The notes under the pieces are model-generated. The model was given only the letters and a program-made list of their open reading frames with translations, was not told where the DNA came from and ran no database searches. Shown piece after piece: positions 17,412 through 26,230 of a stretch of 41,016 nucleotides of DNA. The first letter of the stretch is position 1; the number at the start of each line of letters is the position of its first letter. Position numbers and translations under genes: made by a program. The DNA comes from Chthonomonadales bacterium (lineage in GTDB: Bacteria; Armatimonadota; Chthonomonadetes; Chthonomonadales; Chthonomonadaceae), in the NCBI GenBank assembly GCA_038217285.1, contig JBBQPO010000018.1:1-41016 (forward strand). Direction: 5' to 3'.

Positions 17412-17867
17412 CTAAATGTCCGGCATGAGGCTGAGGGAGTCGTCCAGTTCCGCTTTGCGGCGTGCCAGGTCGGCAAGCGACGTGGCGTTCAGGCGGCGGG
17501 ACAGATCGTCCTCCACCTGCTCCTCGAAATCCCGGACGATCCATGTCACGCCTGGCGCATTGACTTCCAACGTCTCTTCCTCACTATGACTCGAAAACAA
17601 CCGATCCCCGCGCATCAGCGCCCGGACGACATCACCGACACTGATACGCTCAGCCGGTCTCGCCAGATTGTACCCGCCGCCTGCGCCGCGCACACTGCGT
17701 ACAATGCCCGCACTCTTCAGCGAAGCCAGAATCTGATCCAGATAGGGGCCGGGAATATTTTGCCGCACGGCGATCTCCCGGCTCTGGCAGGCTTCCGTTT
17801 GCGACTGCATTGCCAGATCGACTGCAGCACAGAGCGCATAGCGCAGTTTAGAATTGAAAAACCCCAT
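17412..17867 (-). CDS. Rrf2-family transcriptional regulator, CymR-like
   Basis: [21 protein letters not shown] and [23 protein letters not shown]; lacks the IscR Cys triad and lies directly upstream of cysK. Confidence 0.9.
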   Translation of the reverse strand: MGFFNSKLRYALCAAVDLAMQSQTEACQSREIAVRQNIPGPYLDQILASLKSAGIVRSVRGAGGGYNLARPAERISVGDVVRALMRGDRLFSSHSEEETLEVNAPGVTWIVRDFEEQVEDDLSRRLNATSLADLARRKAELDDSLSLMPDI

Positions 17868-17926
17868 ATTCGCTCATCGCCTTTACCAACGCGTTTGTCA
17901 CTTTATCCCTTAAACTTGACCAATTA

Positions 17927-17955
17927 AGTATACTATGCGCTGTCAGGTTTGTAAA
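17927..17955 (-). promoter_or_regulatory. sigma70 promoter of the Rrf2-cysK operon
   Basis: Minus strand TTTACA, 17 nt spacer, TATACT; an AT-rich tract at about 17903-17926 just downstream may be the Rrf2 operator. Confidence 0.7.
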
Positions 17956-17980
17956 GGGCGATCAAAGCGGGAGGAAGGAG

Positions 17981-19531
17981 TTAGAGGCCCTGCGCTTTTG
18001 CCTCGTCCCAGAGGGCGTCCATTTCGGCCAGTGTCATCTCGGGGAGAGAACGCCCTTGTTCGGCAGCACGGCGTTCGATATGGCGGAAACGCGCCGAAAA
18101 GCGAGCCAGCATCTGTCGCAGCGCCTCTTCCGGATCGACTTTCTGCCAGCGAGCGACCTGTACCAGCGTGAAAAACAGGTCGCCTAACTCGGCGAATATT
18201 CGATCCTGGTCCCACGTCTCGCCGGTAAGCTCCGACTTCAACTCCGCCATCTCTTCGTCGAGCTTCGCCAGCACATCGGGAAAGCTGCCCCACTCGAACC
18301 CGACCTTGACGACCCGTTTGCTGACCTCCATCGCCTGCATGAGCGCGGGCAGGCCCGTCGGAATGCCGTCCAGAAGGGAATCGCGCCTGCGTGCCTCCTG
18401 ACCGACTTTTTCCTGCTTTTTGATACGCTCCCAGTTGCGCAGCACCTCCGCCGAATCGGCGGCATCGACATCCCCGAAAACATGCGGATGCCGTCGCACC
18501 AGCTTCCGGACGATCTGCGCCGCCACATCGTCCACCGTGAAAAGCCCGGTCTCCGCCGCCAATTGCGCGTGAAAGACTACCTGCAGCAGCACGTCGCCCA
18601 ACTCCTCGCAGAGCAGCTCCGGGTCGTCGGTATCGATGGCCTCGACGACCTCGTAGGTCTCTTCTATGAAAAAACGCCGTAAGGTACGGTGATCCTGCTC
18701 GCGATCCCAGGGGCAGCCATCGGGGGCGCGCAGGCGTGCCATCAGGCCGACCAACTCCGGGAAACCGGGCCGACGCTGTTGCGGAGGAAGTGGAGGAACG
18801 TAGACGGAGGTGAGATGATCGACGGTCTCTCGATCCAGACGGTAGAGCGGGACGCGCAGCACGGACTCCTGCCCGGTCACACCCGCAGCACGAATGAGAA
18901 CGATCTCCCAGTCGTCGGGATAGTCGCGCATCAGGGCGAGTTTGGTGTTTGACGCCGAGGTGCGGTCATGGATATGAAACAGCAGCAGCCCCTGCGTCAC
19001 ATCCAGCCGACCGCCGACCATATTCCCGTCTCGATCTATGGCGTCGCGCTCATGCAGAGTGAGCGCATCGCGCACCGCAACGCCGTCACCGACGCCAAGG
19101 GCGATGCCCGCCGCTGTCAGCGACGCCTCGATGAAGCTTCCGGATGTCACAAGCCGTGTCGGAATTCCCTCTGCCGCAGCCCGTTCGCGTATCAGTCTCA
19201 CCGTCTCTTCTGCAACCAACGGGTGCCCTGGAACGGCATAAAAGACATTCCAGTTCTCGTTCTTCGCCAACTTTATCGTGCCTTCGGCGATTGCGTTATA
19301 GAGCGCCTGGAAATCGGAGTAGGTCTCGTAGAACGCATCGAATGTCTGGAAAACCAGATTCCATTCCCGAAGGGAATCGACGACGGGATGCCTTTCGGTC
19401 CGCAGCAAAAGAACGCCTGTTTTCGCTTGCTGCTGTCGGGAACCTTCCCGGAGCGCACGTTCTGCGCCCCGGGAAAGACCCTCCACATCCCCCGGCCCCA
19501 AGCCGATCAGTGTGATCGAACCGTGTGCCAC
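17981..19531 (-). CDS. mazG: YabN-type tetrapyrrole methylase-like / MazG nucleoside triphosphate pyrophosphohydrolase fusion
   Basis: N-terminal ITLIGLGPGD, LRTERHP and YAVPGHP; C-terminal RLRAPDGCPWDREQ, EETYEV, EELGDVLLQVVFHA, KLVRRHPHVF and ELGDL. Confidence 0.93.
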   Translation of the reverse strand: MAHGSITLIGLGPGDVEGLSRGAERALREGSRQQQAKTGVLLLRTERHPVVDSLREWNLVFQTFDAFYETYSDFQALYNAIAEGTIKLAKNENWNVFYAVPGHPLVAEETVRLIRERAAAEGIPTRLVTSGSFIEASLTAAGIALGVGDGVAVRDALTLHERDAIDRDGNMVGGRLDVTQGLLLFHIHDRTSASNTKLALMRDYPDDWEIVLIRAAGVTGQESVLRVPLYRLDRETVDHLTSVYVPPLPPQQRRPGFPELVGLMARLRAPDGCPWDREQDHRTLRRFFIEETYEVVEAIDTDDPELLCEELGDVLLQVVFHAQLAAETGLFTVDDVAAQIVRKLVRRHPHVFGDVDAADSAEVLRNWERIKKQEKVGQEARRRDSLLDGIPTGLPALMQAMEVSKRVVKVGFEWGSFPDVLAKLDEEMAELKSELTGETWDQDRIFAELGDLFFTLVQVARWQKVDPEEALRQMLARFSARFRHIERRAAEQGRSLPEMTLAEMDALWDEAKAQGL

Positions 19532-20610
19532 TACATCTTCCCGCCTGCGGGCGGCGCAGCGCTGCCGGATGGCGACGCACCCATTCCGCCCGGCGCGGGA
19601 GTGCTGCCGGGGGGAGCCTGAGGAGGCATGGCCGCTTTTGGTTGGGGCAGGATAAACTTGTCCTTGATCGGCTTGTACCGATCAATGTTGATCTGGATAT
19701 TGTCCTTGGACTGGGTGATGAAATCGTTCATCGCGCTGTCGGCATGCTGCCCCCACTGGGGAAACTTATCGGTAAGGGCGAAGCGCTCGACCAGCACTCT
19801 GCTTTCGTCCAGCGTCAGCACATGGTCCTTCGTCTTGTCTACCAGTTGCGCGATAACGTAGAACTGTTGCCCGCTCTGGTTATGCAAAGGGACCGGTGCG
19901 GTCACATAGTCCGTGGGTTTGAGCGAGTCGAGCGCCGTTTTCAACTCAGGTGGAGCTTGAGCCGCCGGAACGACCGTATCTTTACCCATATTGGCCGCGA
20001 TCTCGGGCGGCAGGCCAGCCCCGGCTGCCACTTTTTTGAAGTCGCCGGACTTCTTCAGTTCGACCAGAGCCTGCTGAGCCTTCACCGGATCGGTCAGGGG
20101 CAGGAGACGCAAGGTGTAGCTTCCCTTGATGGTCAGTTCCGTCTGATGCCGATCGTACGCTGCCTGCAGCTCTTTCGCATCCGCTTTCGCGTTGTCCGTG
20201 CCGATTCCGAACAACATCATTTCTAGGCGATATTCCCGGGTGACGTCGTCCTGAGAGATCTTGCCGGATCGCACACCCTCCTGGATCTGCGGGTTGAGCT
20301 TTTCGATGGCGGCGATGTACTTGTTGACCTGGTCGTCGGTGACCGTGACGCCCTTCGACTTCGCCAGTTGCAGGAGGAGACTCTCTTTGACCATATTCGC
20401 CAGCGTCATCCCGCCCGCATCCAGTCCGCTTTGTGGATTGAGGTTGGTGGTGTGCAGGGCACGGTTGGTAAAGTCATCCTCGTTGATGGTCTCGCCGTTG
20501 ACCCGGGCGACGACCTTGCGGCCCTGGCAGCCCGGCAATGTCATTAAAGCGATGGTCAGGACGCACAGAGCAGGACGCGCCGACCGGCAAAACGCATGAT
20601 TGAAATTCAA
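19531..20610 (-). CDS. PrsA/SurA-like foldase lipoprotein
   Basis: Lipobox LPGC, VVARVNGETI, LLLQLAKSKGVTVTD and a degenerate parvulin-like region; Pro-rich tail. Confidence 0.75.
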   Translation of the reverse strand: MNFNHAFCRSARPALCVLTIALMTLPGCQGRKVVARVNGETINEDDFTNRALHTTNLNPQSGLDAGGMTLANMVKESLLLQLAKSKGVTVTDDQVNKYIAAIEKLNPQIQEGVRSGKISQDDVTREYRLEMMLFGIGTDNAKADAKELQAAYDRHQTELTIKGSYTLRLLPLTDPVKAQQALVELKKSGDFKKVAAGAGLPPEIAANMGKDTVVPAAQAPPELKTALDSLKPTDYVTAPVPLHNQSGQQFYVIAQLVDKTKDHVLTLDESRVLVERFALTDKFPQWGQHADSAMNDFITQSKDNIQINIDRYKPIKDKFILPQPKAAMPPQAPPGSTPAPGGMGASPSGSAAPPAGGKM

Positions 20611-20799
20611 TTCGGGTGCTATCTCCTTTGAAAAGTGCCTGATGACATTATTCTATTGTTGCCTTCATGGCGGAATCCCTGCTTGCTTTGCCTACAGGGG
20701 AGTGAGGAAGCCTGTCTCTCATACGCAAAAACAGCGCTCGGAAGTGTCCGGACCTGTCTGGAGAGGCTCAACTCTGTGCCTCAGAGAGGTTCTCAGAGG

Positions 20800-21375
20800 T
20801 TAACTCTGGGCCTCCTCCGGTTCCGGGAGCGCGCGTCCATCTGTCACCACATCGGCGGGAACCGGTGCAGGGGCGGGCGCATCGGTCTCGAGGGGCGGCA
20901 GCTGGGCGAGCTCCGCGATGCCGAAGTAGTGCAGGAAGTCGGCGGTGGTCGTATACTGCATCGGTCGTCCGAGCGTGGCCTTGCGTCCCGCCTCCGCGAT
21001 CAGCTTGCGCTCCTGCAGTGTTTTCAAGACGCTTCCGACCGAGACACCGCGCACGGCTTCGATCTCCGGCGCGGTAATCGGCTGCCGATAGGCGATGATC
21101 GCGAGGGTCTCCATGGCGGCCCGCGACAGCTTGTTGCCGCCGCGTGCCAAAAGTCGCCCTATTACCTCGGCATACTCCGGTCGGGTCGCCAACTGCCATC
21201 CTCCGGCGATGCGCAGTAGTTGAAGGCCGCTGCCGCGTTCGGTCAGTCCGGCTTGCAGGCTACGCAGGGCGGCCTCGACTTCGACCTCCTCACTCTGCAA
21301 GGCGCGCGCCATGTCTGCCAGCGCGACCGGCTCTCCAGCGATGAACAACAGGCACTCCAGTGCGGCTTCCGTCAT
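20800..21375 (-). CDS. scpB: SMC-Scp complex subunit ScpB
   Basis: ALECLLF, IAGGWQLATRP, LSRAAMETLAIIAYRQPIT.PEIEAVRGV and GRPMQY.TT..FL.YFG. Confidence 0.96.
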   Translation of the reverse strand: MTEAALECLLFIAGEPVALADMARALQSEEVEVEAALRSLQAGLTERGSGLQLLRIAGGWQLATRPEYAEVIGRLLARGGNKLSRAAMETLAIIAYRQPITAPEIEAVRGVSVGSVLKTLQERKLIAEAGRKATLGRPMQYTTTADFLHYFGIAELAQLPPLETDAPAPAPVPADVVTDGRALPEPEEAQS

Positions 21376-22184
21376 AGCGGGCTGCTCTCCTGTAGCGTGG
21401 GGATCAGGGTTACCGTGATGGGTTCCAGCATCTTCGCCTGCTCCGCCCGCACCCGCTGCATACGCAGCAGCTCCAGCAGGGCCAGAAACGTCAGAACGAT
21501 GTCGTAGCGGGGACAGGGCAGAACGAACAGCGCTTCAAACCCCATGCCCTCCGGCCCCGCCGTCGTCAGCTTACGGACGATCTCGGCCATCTTCATACGC
21601 AGGCTCAGGCGGCGGCGCGGCGTCACGGAAGTAATGGGCTTGTCATCGACGCCCGCTTCGGTGAGCAGACGGTGCAGCGCCTGATACAACTGCTGCGCGC
21701 TGGCCTCCCCGGCCGGCACGGGCAGAATATAGTCGTCGGCATTCTCCAGTGCGCCCCGAAAAAAAAGCTGACGGCGAAGCTCCTCCCAGGTCCGCAGCGT
21801 CTCGACGGTCCCCTGATAGATCTGGTATTCGCGCAGACGGGCTACCAGCTCCGCGCGTGGGTCGTTCTCTTCTCCCTCGTCTCCGTCTGCGCCGGGAGTC
21901 TGCGGCAAGAGCATGCGCGATTTGATTTCGATCAACGTGGCCGCGATCACCACATACTCCCCCGCGATGGTCAGGTCGAGCGACTCCCATAGCTCCATGT
22001 AAGCCAGATACTGCTGCGTGATTTCCGCAATGGGAATATCGGAGACATCGACCTCGTGGGCGCGAATGAGATGCAGAAGTAGATCGAGCGGACCCTCGAA
22101 GTTGGGTATGTGGAACTGAGGCGCAGGCGGGCCGGGCGGACGCCCTGCCGTCGGTTCAGCGGAGTCGGAAGTCAGAGCGTTCAT
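21372..22184 (-). CDS. scpA: Segregation/condensation protein ScpA
   Basis: FEGPLDLLLHLI, IAEITQQYL, AATLIEIKSRMLLP, DPRAELV and FLALLEL; ATGA overlap with scpB. Confidence 0.95.
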   Translation of the reverse strand: MNALTSDSAEPTAGRPPGPPAPQFHIPNFEGPLDLLLHLIRAHEVDVSDIPIAEITQQYLAYMELWESLDLTIAGEYVVIAATLIEIKSRMLLPQTPGADGDEGEENDPRAELVARLREYQIYQGTVETLRTWEELRRQLFFRGALENADDYILPVPAGEASAQQLYQALHRLLTEAGVDDKPITSVTPRRRLSLRMKMAEIVRKLTTAGPEGMGFEALFVLPCPRYDIVLTFLALLELLRMQRVRAEQAKMLEPITVTLIPTLQESSPL

Positions 22185-22194
22185 TATAGATGTA

Positions 22195-22223
22195 ATAATA
22201 CACTTCCCTGTACGGAAAGTCAA
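22195..22223 (-). promoter_or_regulatory. sigma70 promoter of scpA
   Basis: Minus strand TTGACT, 17 nt spacer, TATTAT, ending 10 nt before the ATG. Confidence 0.7.
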
Positions 22224-22390
22224 CTGCCGCTCCGCAGCTTGCAACCGGGGCGAACACAAAATTACACCGGTTCCGGTCGCTAACCTGCGACAAAACGTTT
22301 CCGTTACAGCGTACTCTAAAGCGAAGGTAACCCTGTTCGTTCCCTTGCCATTGCGGGCAAAAGCGCCGATAATGAAATAATGAAATGGCC

Positions 22391-22416
22391 GGAACAATAG
22401 ACCGAATGGTGTTGTC
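22391..22416 (+). promoter_or_regulatory. ECF-type promoter of the response regulator
   Basis: GGAAC (22391-22395), 17 nt spacer, TGTC (22413-22416). Confidence 0.6.
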
Positions 22417-22441
22417 TGCTGGCGAGGGGAGGATCGAAGCC

Positions 22442-23188
22442 ATGCCGCGCCTACTGTTGGTAGACGATGATCGTTTTTTGCTGCGTGCCATCGAGAAGCT
22501 GCTGACCACCGAAGGCTATTTTTGCCTGACGGCGGGAACGGCGGAAGAGGCTCGGCGTCACCTGAACGGAAATCCGTTCGACATGATCGTGCTCGATGTC
22601 AATCTGCCGGATCAAGATGGCTTTACCTTCTGTCGGCAGATACGCTCCCGACACCGTATGCCGATCCTCTTTTTGACAGCCCGCGAAGAGGGCGGCGACA
22701 AGGTGATCGGACTGGAGGTCGGAGCCGACGACTACCTGACCAAACCCTTCGCTCCCCGCGAACTCGTCGCTCGTGTCCGTGCCCATCTCCGCCGTGCCGG
22801 CGAATACAGTATGGCCGAGGGCAAACCGAATCAGATTGCGCTCGGAGAGCTTATCGTCGACTCCGACAGCCGGGACGCTTTCCGCAGCGGCGCTGCTGTT
22901 CACCTGACCGAACGCGAGTTCGAACTGCTGCATCTTCTGGCCCGGCATCGCGAAAAAGCGCTGGCGAGCGACTGGATTTTTGAGAATGTGTGGGGCTTCG
23001 ACGCGGAGATGGGCGTCAAGACGCTCGCCGTCTATGTGCGCCGCCTGCGCCTGAAAATCGAGAAAGACCCGGATCATCCTGCGATGTTACTCACGGTACG
23101 CGGCTTCGGCTACAAGCTTACTCCCGGCACACCAGGCCACCTGCAAATCGACGAAAGTAGTGAATCGCCGCAGGGGATGTTTTCCTGA
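22442..23188 (+). CDS. OmpR/PhoB-family response regulator
   Basis: LLVDDD, VLDVNLP (phospho-Asp), FLTA, GADDYLTKPF, and winged helix LTEREFELL...V..RRLR.KIE...TVRGFGYK; GGAGG RBS. Confidence 0.95.
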   Translation: MPRLLLVDDDRFLLRAIEKLLTTEGYFCLTAGTAEEARRHLNGNPFDMIVLDVNLPDQDGFTFCRQIRSRHRMPILFLTAREEGGDKVIGLEVGADDYLTKPFAPRELVARVRAHLRRAGEYSMAEGKPNQIALGELIVDSDSRDAFRSGAAVHLTEREFELLHLLARHREKALASDWIFENVWGFDAEMGVKTLAVYVRRLRLKIEKDPDHPAMLLTVRGFGYKLTPGTPGHLQIDESSESPQGMFS

Positions 23189-23251
23189 TTCCCGCCTAGT
23201 CCGTCGTCGATGTTACCTCTGCCTCTGTCACCGAGCGGCCTTCCTGCTTAT

Positions 23252-23306
23252 TGTAACCTTGCATTCATCCTGTTGTAACCTGGCGTTAACCTTGGGGGCG
23301 TATAAC
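23252..23306 (+). promoter_or_regulatory. Four 11-bp-phased direct repeats plus a -10 element (OmpR/PhoB-type boxes)
   Basis: TGTAACC (23252), ATTCATC (23263, degenerate), TGTAACC (23274) and GTTAACC (23285), then TATAAC at 23301-23306. Confidence 0.65.
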
Positions 23307-23324
23307 GAGCAGAGGGATATTCCC

Positions 23325-23350
23325 GGAACCTTTACGGCCTCCAGAATGTC
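23325..23350 (+). promoter_or_regulatory. ECF-type promoter of the DUF4331 operon
   Basis: GGAAC (23325-23329), 17 nt spacer, TGTC (23347-23350). Confidence 0.6.
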
Positions 23351-23443
23351 CTTACGCCGTTGCCGTGTAATGTTTCTCTTTGGTCCTGTATTCGGCGCAA
23401 TGTTCTTTCCACTCTGTTCTGTGCGGATAAGGAGAATCCCAGA

Positions 23444-24193
23444 ATGCTCTCTCGCAAGAAACTCGGCCTGATGACCGCAGCGGTGGGCGTCATGCTCGTC
23501 CCCGGCATGCTGCTGGTCAAGGCGCGTGGCTCCGACCACGCGGATACCCCCGCTATCGCTGCCAATCCTGGCGTAGACCTGACGGATGTCTTCATCTTTC
23601 CCAGTCCTACCGATTCGACTAAAGTCGTTCTCGTGATGAATGTCCATCCTCTCATCCCCTCCGGCGTCACCAATACGGTGTTCGATCCGGATGCTCTCTA
23701 TCAGTTCAAGATCTCCAATGCAGGCGACCCGAAACTGCCCGTAGAAAACCTGGTCATTCAGGCCAAATTCACCGGAACCGGCCCGAACCAGACCGTGCAG
23801 ATCGCCGGCCCCGTGAAGCCCTCCATGACCGGAACGAAATCCGTTTTCGAGACGCCGGACGCGACCAGCGGCGCCATCAACACTGTCTTCACCACGGGAA
23901 GCGGTATCAAAGTGTTCGCCGGTACACGCGAAGATCCGTTCTTCTTCGACCTGGAGGCGTTCTTCAATATCCTCCCGGATCGCGGCACGACCCTTCCGCC
24001 GCCGACCGGTCGCAACCCACCGGCCAATCCCAATATGCCGCAATCGACGACGTTCAATGCGCCTGGTGTCGCGACGGATACCCTCAAAGGCTACAACCTG
24101 CTGACCATCGTGCTGGAGATGCCCCGCACCATGCTGACCAATGGCGGCGACGGCAGCGGTAAGATCCGTTTGTGGTGTACGACCAGCAAATAA
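23444..24193 (+). CDS. DUF4331-family secreted protein (N-terminal-type half)
   Basis: Signal peptide then SDHADTP, DLTDVFIF, FDPDALYQFKI, VFAGTREDPFFFD and D...GYN..TIVLE; AAGGAG RBS. Confidence 0.85.
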   Translation: MLSRKKLGLMTAAVGVMLVPGMLLVKARGSDHADTPAIAANPGVDLTDVFIFPSPTDSTKVVLVMNVHPLIPSGVTNTVFDPDALYQFKISNAGDPKLPVENLVIQAKFTGTGPNQTVQIAGPVKPSMTGTKSVFETPDATSGAINTVFTTGSGIKVFAGTREDPFFFDLEAFFNILPDRGTTLPPPTGRNPPANPNMPQSTTFNAPGVATDTLKGYNLLTIVLEMPRTMLTNGGDGSGKIRLWCTTSK

Positions 24194-24217
24194 CTTTGCG
24201 CGAAGGAGATAGTAGCG

Positions 24218-24823
24218 ATGAATCTAAGGACTCTTTTTCTGGGTGGCTCCCTCGCCTGTGTGCTGGGGCTGGTCGCTCTTACCGGGTGTGGCGGCAGTGA
24301 CAACAGCAGCGGCCCGAAGGTCTACACGCAGATAGACCGACTGGCGCGCCCTGTGGTAAACGAAGTGCTCGCGACGGTCGCCAATAACCGCCACGCGATC
24401 AACGATATGGCCATTCCCTCGCAGGACGGACAGCCCGGCTTCCTGATCGACGACATCCAGGGCTTCATGACCGGAACGGCAGGCCGCTCGCAGGCCACGA
24501 CGGACGTCGTCAAAGCTGTCCTGGTGCCGGATGTCATGGTGGCCGATCTGAGCCAGACCGGCCCCGCCGCCTATCTGGGCGTCGAGACCGGCGGCGCGAC
24601 CGGCGGCAAGTTCGGCGGCCGCAAACTCACCGATGATGTGGTAGACACCTCCCTCGGCGTGGTCTTCGGTAACACCGTCTCCGCGCTCGCTCTCGCGCCG
24701 GACGATGGCAAAGAGATACCGACACTGACCACCGACAACGTCAGCTTCACCACCGCGCCGAAGCACTATCAAGACGGCGTCGTCAGCGCGGCGGCGTTCC
24801 CGTACCTCGGCCCCGCACAGTAG
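24218..24823 (+). CDS. DUF4331-family lipoprotein (C-terminal-type half)
   Basis: Lipobox LTGC, QIDRLARPVVN, GGRKLTDDVVD and FPYLG; AAGGAG RBS. Confidence 0.82.
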   Translation: MNLRTLFLGGSLACVLGLVALTGCGGSDNSSGPKVYTQIDRLARPVVNEVLATVANNRHAINDMAIPSQDGQPGFLIDDIQGFMTGTAGRSQATTDVVKAVLVPDVMVADLSQTGPAAYLGVETGGATGGKFGGRKLTDDVVDTSLGVVFGNTVSALALAPDDGKEIPTLTTDNVSFTTAPKHYQDGVVSAAAFPYLGPAQ

Positions 24824-24833
24824 ACCGCTCGCA

Positions 24834-24884
24834 CCTTCGTCTCCTCTTTGCCTCGGCGCTTTCAGACGAGAGAGGAGACGAAGG
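24834..24884 (+). other. Strong intra-operon hairpin
   Basis: CCTTCGTCTCCTCT (24834-24847) and AGAGGAGACGAAGG (24871-24884) form a perfect 14-bp stem. Confidence 0.7.
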
Positions 24885-24909
24885 CGCATTTCCGTTTTCT
24901 GAAACGACT

Positions 24910-26220
24910 ATGAGACGCTTCCTGCCGTGTATTCCCATCCTTTTGTTCCTGGCGACCGGCGGCTGTTCGCATCGCCCGGTTCCCATCGCTCCCCGCGCTT
25001 CTCTGGCCTCGCTGCGGCCGGCTTACGATCCCACGCTGCTCCCGAAAACTATGGCGTTTCACGAGAAGCGGCTGAAAGAGACTCCGCACAGCGCGATGGA
25101 GCTCAACTTCCTGGCGGAGAACTACAACCAGCTCTGTCGCGAAACCGGCGACATCTCCGATACCTTTCGCGCCGAGCAGTTGGCGCGCCGCTCGCTGAAG
25201 GTTCGGGCCTACCACAACGATGCGGCCTACTATGCGCTCGCCCTCAGCCTTTTCACCCAGCACAGGTTCCATGAATCGATGGAGATCGGGAGGCATCTGG
25301 CCGCGCAGTCTGCCGAGGATCTGCATGCGGCCTACCTGATTACCGAGAACCAGACCGAACTGGGCGACTATGCGGAGGCGGAGAAGACGATGCAGGGAGT
25401 GCATCCGCATCTCGACGATCCTTTTGGGATGGTGCTGCGAGCGCGGCTGCTGGAGATGAACGGGCAGGTGGTGGCCGCGCTCACCCAACTGGAACGCGCT
25501 CGGGATGCCGCAGCACAAAACATAGATATTCCCCGCGAGAATCTGGCCTGGTTCTGTATGAGGGTAGGGGATCTGCAGGCGGCCCAGGGGCAGGCCACCT
25601 CGGCGGAGCAGAGCTATCACGAGGCGCTGGCGCTCTTTCCGAACGATCAACGCACCCTGACGGCCCTGACGCGCCTGTCGGCAGCGCGTGGGGACTGGGC
25701 GGCGACCCTCTCGTGGGGGCAGCAGGCAGCGAACATCGCGCCTACGCCCGAGGTGGTGGCGTTGTTGGGCGATGCCTACCGGGCGCAGGGCAACGCGGCA
25801 GAGGCGCAATCGCAATACGCTCTGCTGGAGACGATGCATCGGCTGTCAAAGGCGCAGGGCGGGGTTTATGACCGGCAGCGGGCGCTCTACCTCGCCGATC
25901 ACGACCAGGGGCTCGATGAAGCGCTGCAACTGGCCCGTAAAGAGCTGAAGGCGCGGCACGACATCTATGCCTACGACACGCTGGCCTGGGTCTGCTGCAA
26001 AAAGGGGCTGTACGCCGAGGCGGAACAGGCGATCAATGTGGCCCTCGCACACAACAAGCAGGATGCCAAACTGCTCTACCATGCCGGTGTCATCGCGGCG
26101 AAACGCGGCGACAAGCCGAAGGCAAAGCAGTACTTGAGTCAGGCCCTTGCCATCAATCCCTATTTTCTGCCCTTCGCCCCGACACAGGCGCGCACACTTC
26201 TGAACACCCTGGGAGGCTGA
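24910..26220 (+). CDS. Tetratricopeptide-repeat lipoprotein
   Basis: Signal with TGGC, multiple TPR-like helices, ARHDIYAYDTLAW and LLYHAGVI...ALAINPYF. Confidence 0.88.
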   Translation: MRRFLPCIPILLFLATGGCSHRPVPIAPRASLASLRPAYDPTLLPKTMAFHEKRLKETPHSAMELNFLAENYNQLCRETGDISDTFRAEQLARRSLKVRAYHNDAAYYALALSLFTQHRFHESMEIGRHLAAQSAEDLHAAYLITENQTELGDYAEAEKTMQGVHPHLDDPFGMVLRARLLEMNGQVVAALTQLERARDAAAQNIDIPRENLAWFCMRVGDLQAAQGQATSAEQSYHEALALFPNDQRTLTALTRLSAARGDWAATLSWGQQAANIAPTPEVVALLGDAYRAQGNAAEAQSQYALLETMHRLSKAQGGVYDRQRALYLADHDQGLDEALQLARKELKARHDIYAYDTLAWVCCKKGLYAEAEQAINVALAHNKQDAKLLYHAGVIAAKRGDKPKAKQYLSQALAINPYFLPFAPTQARTLLNTLGG

Positions 26221-26230
26221 CCCGAACCCG

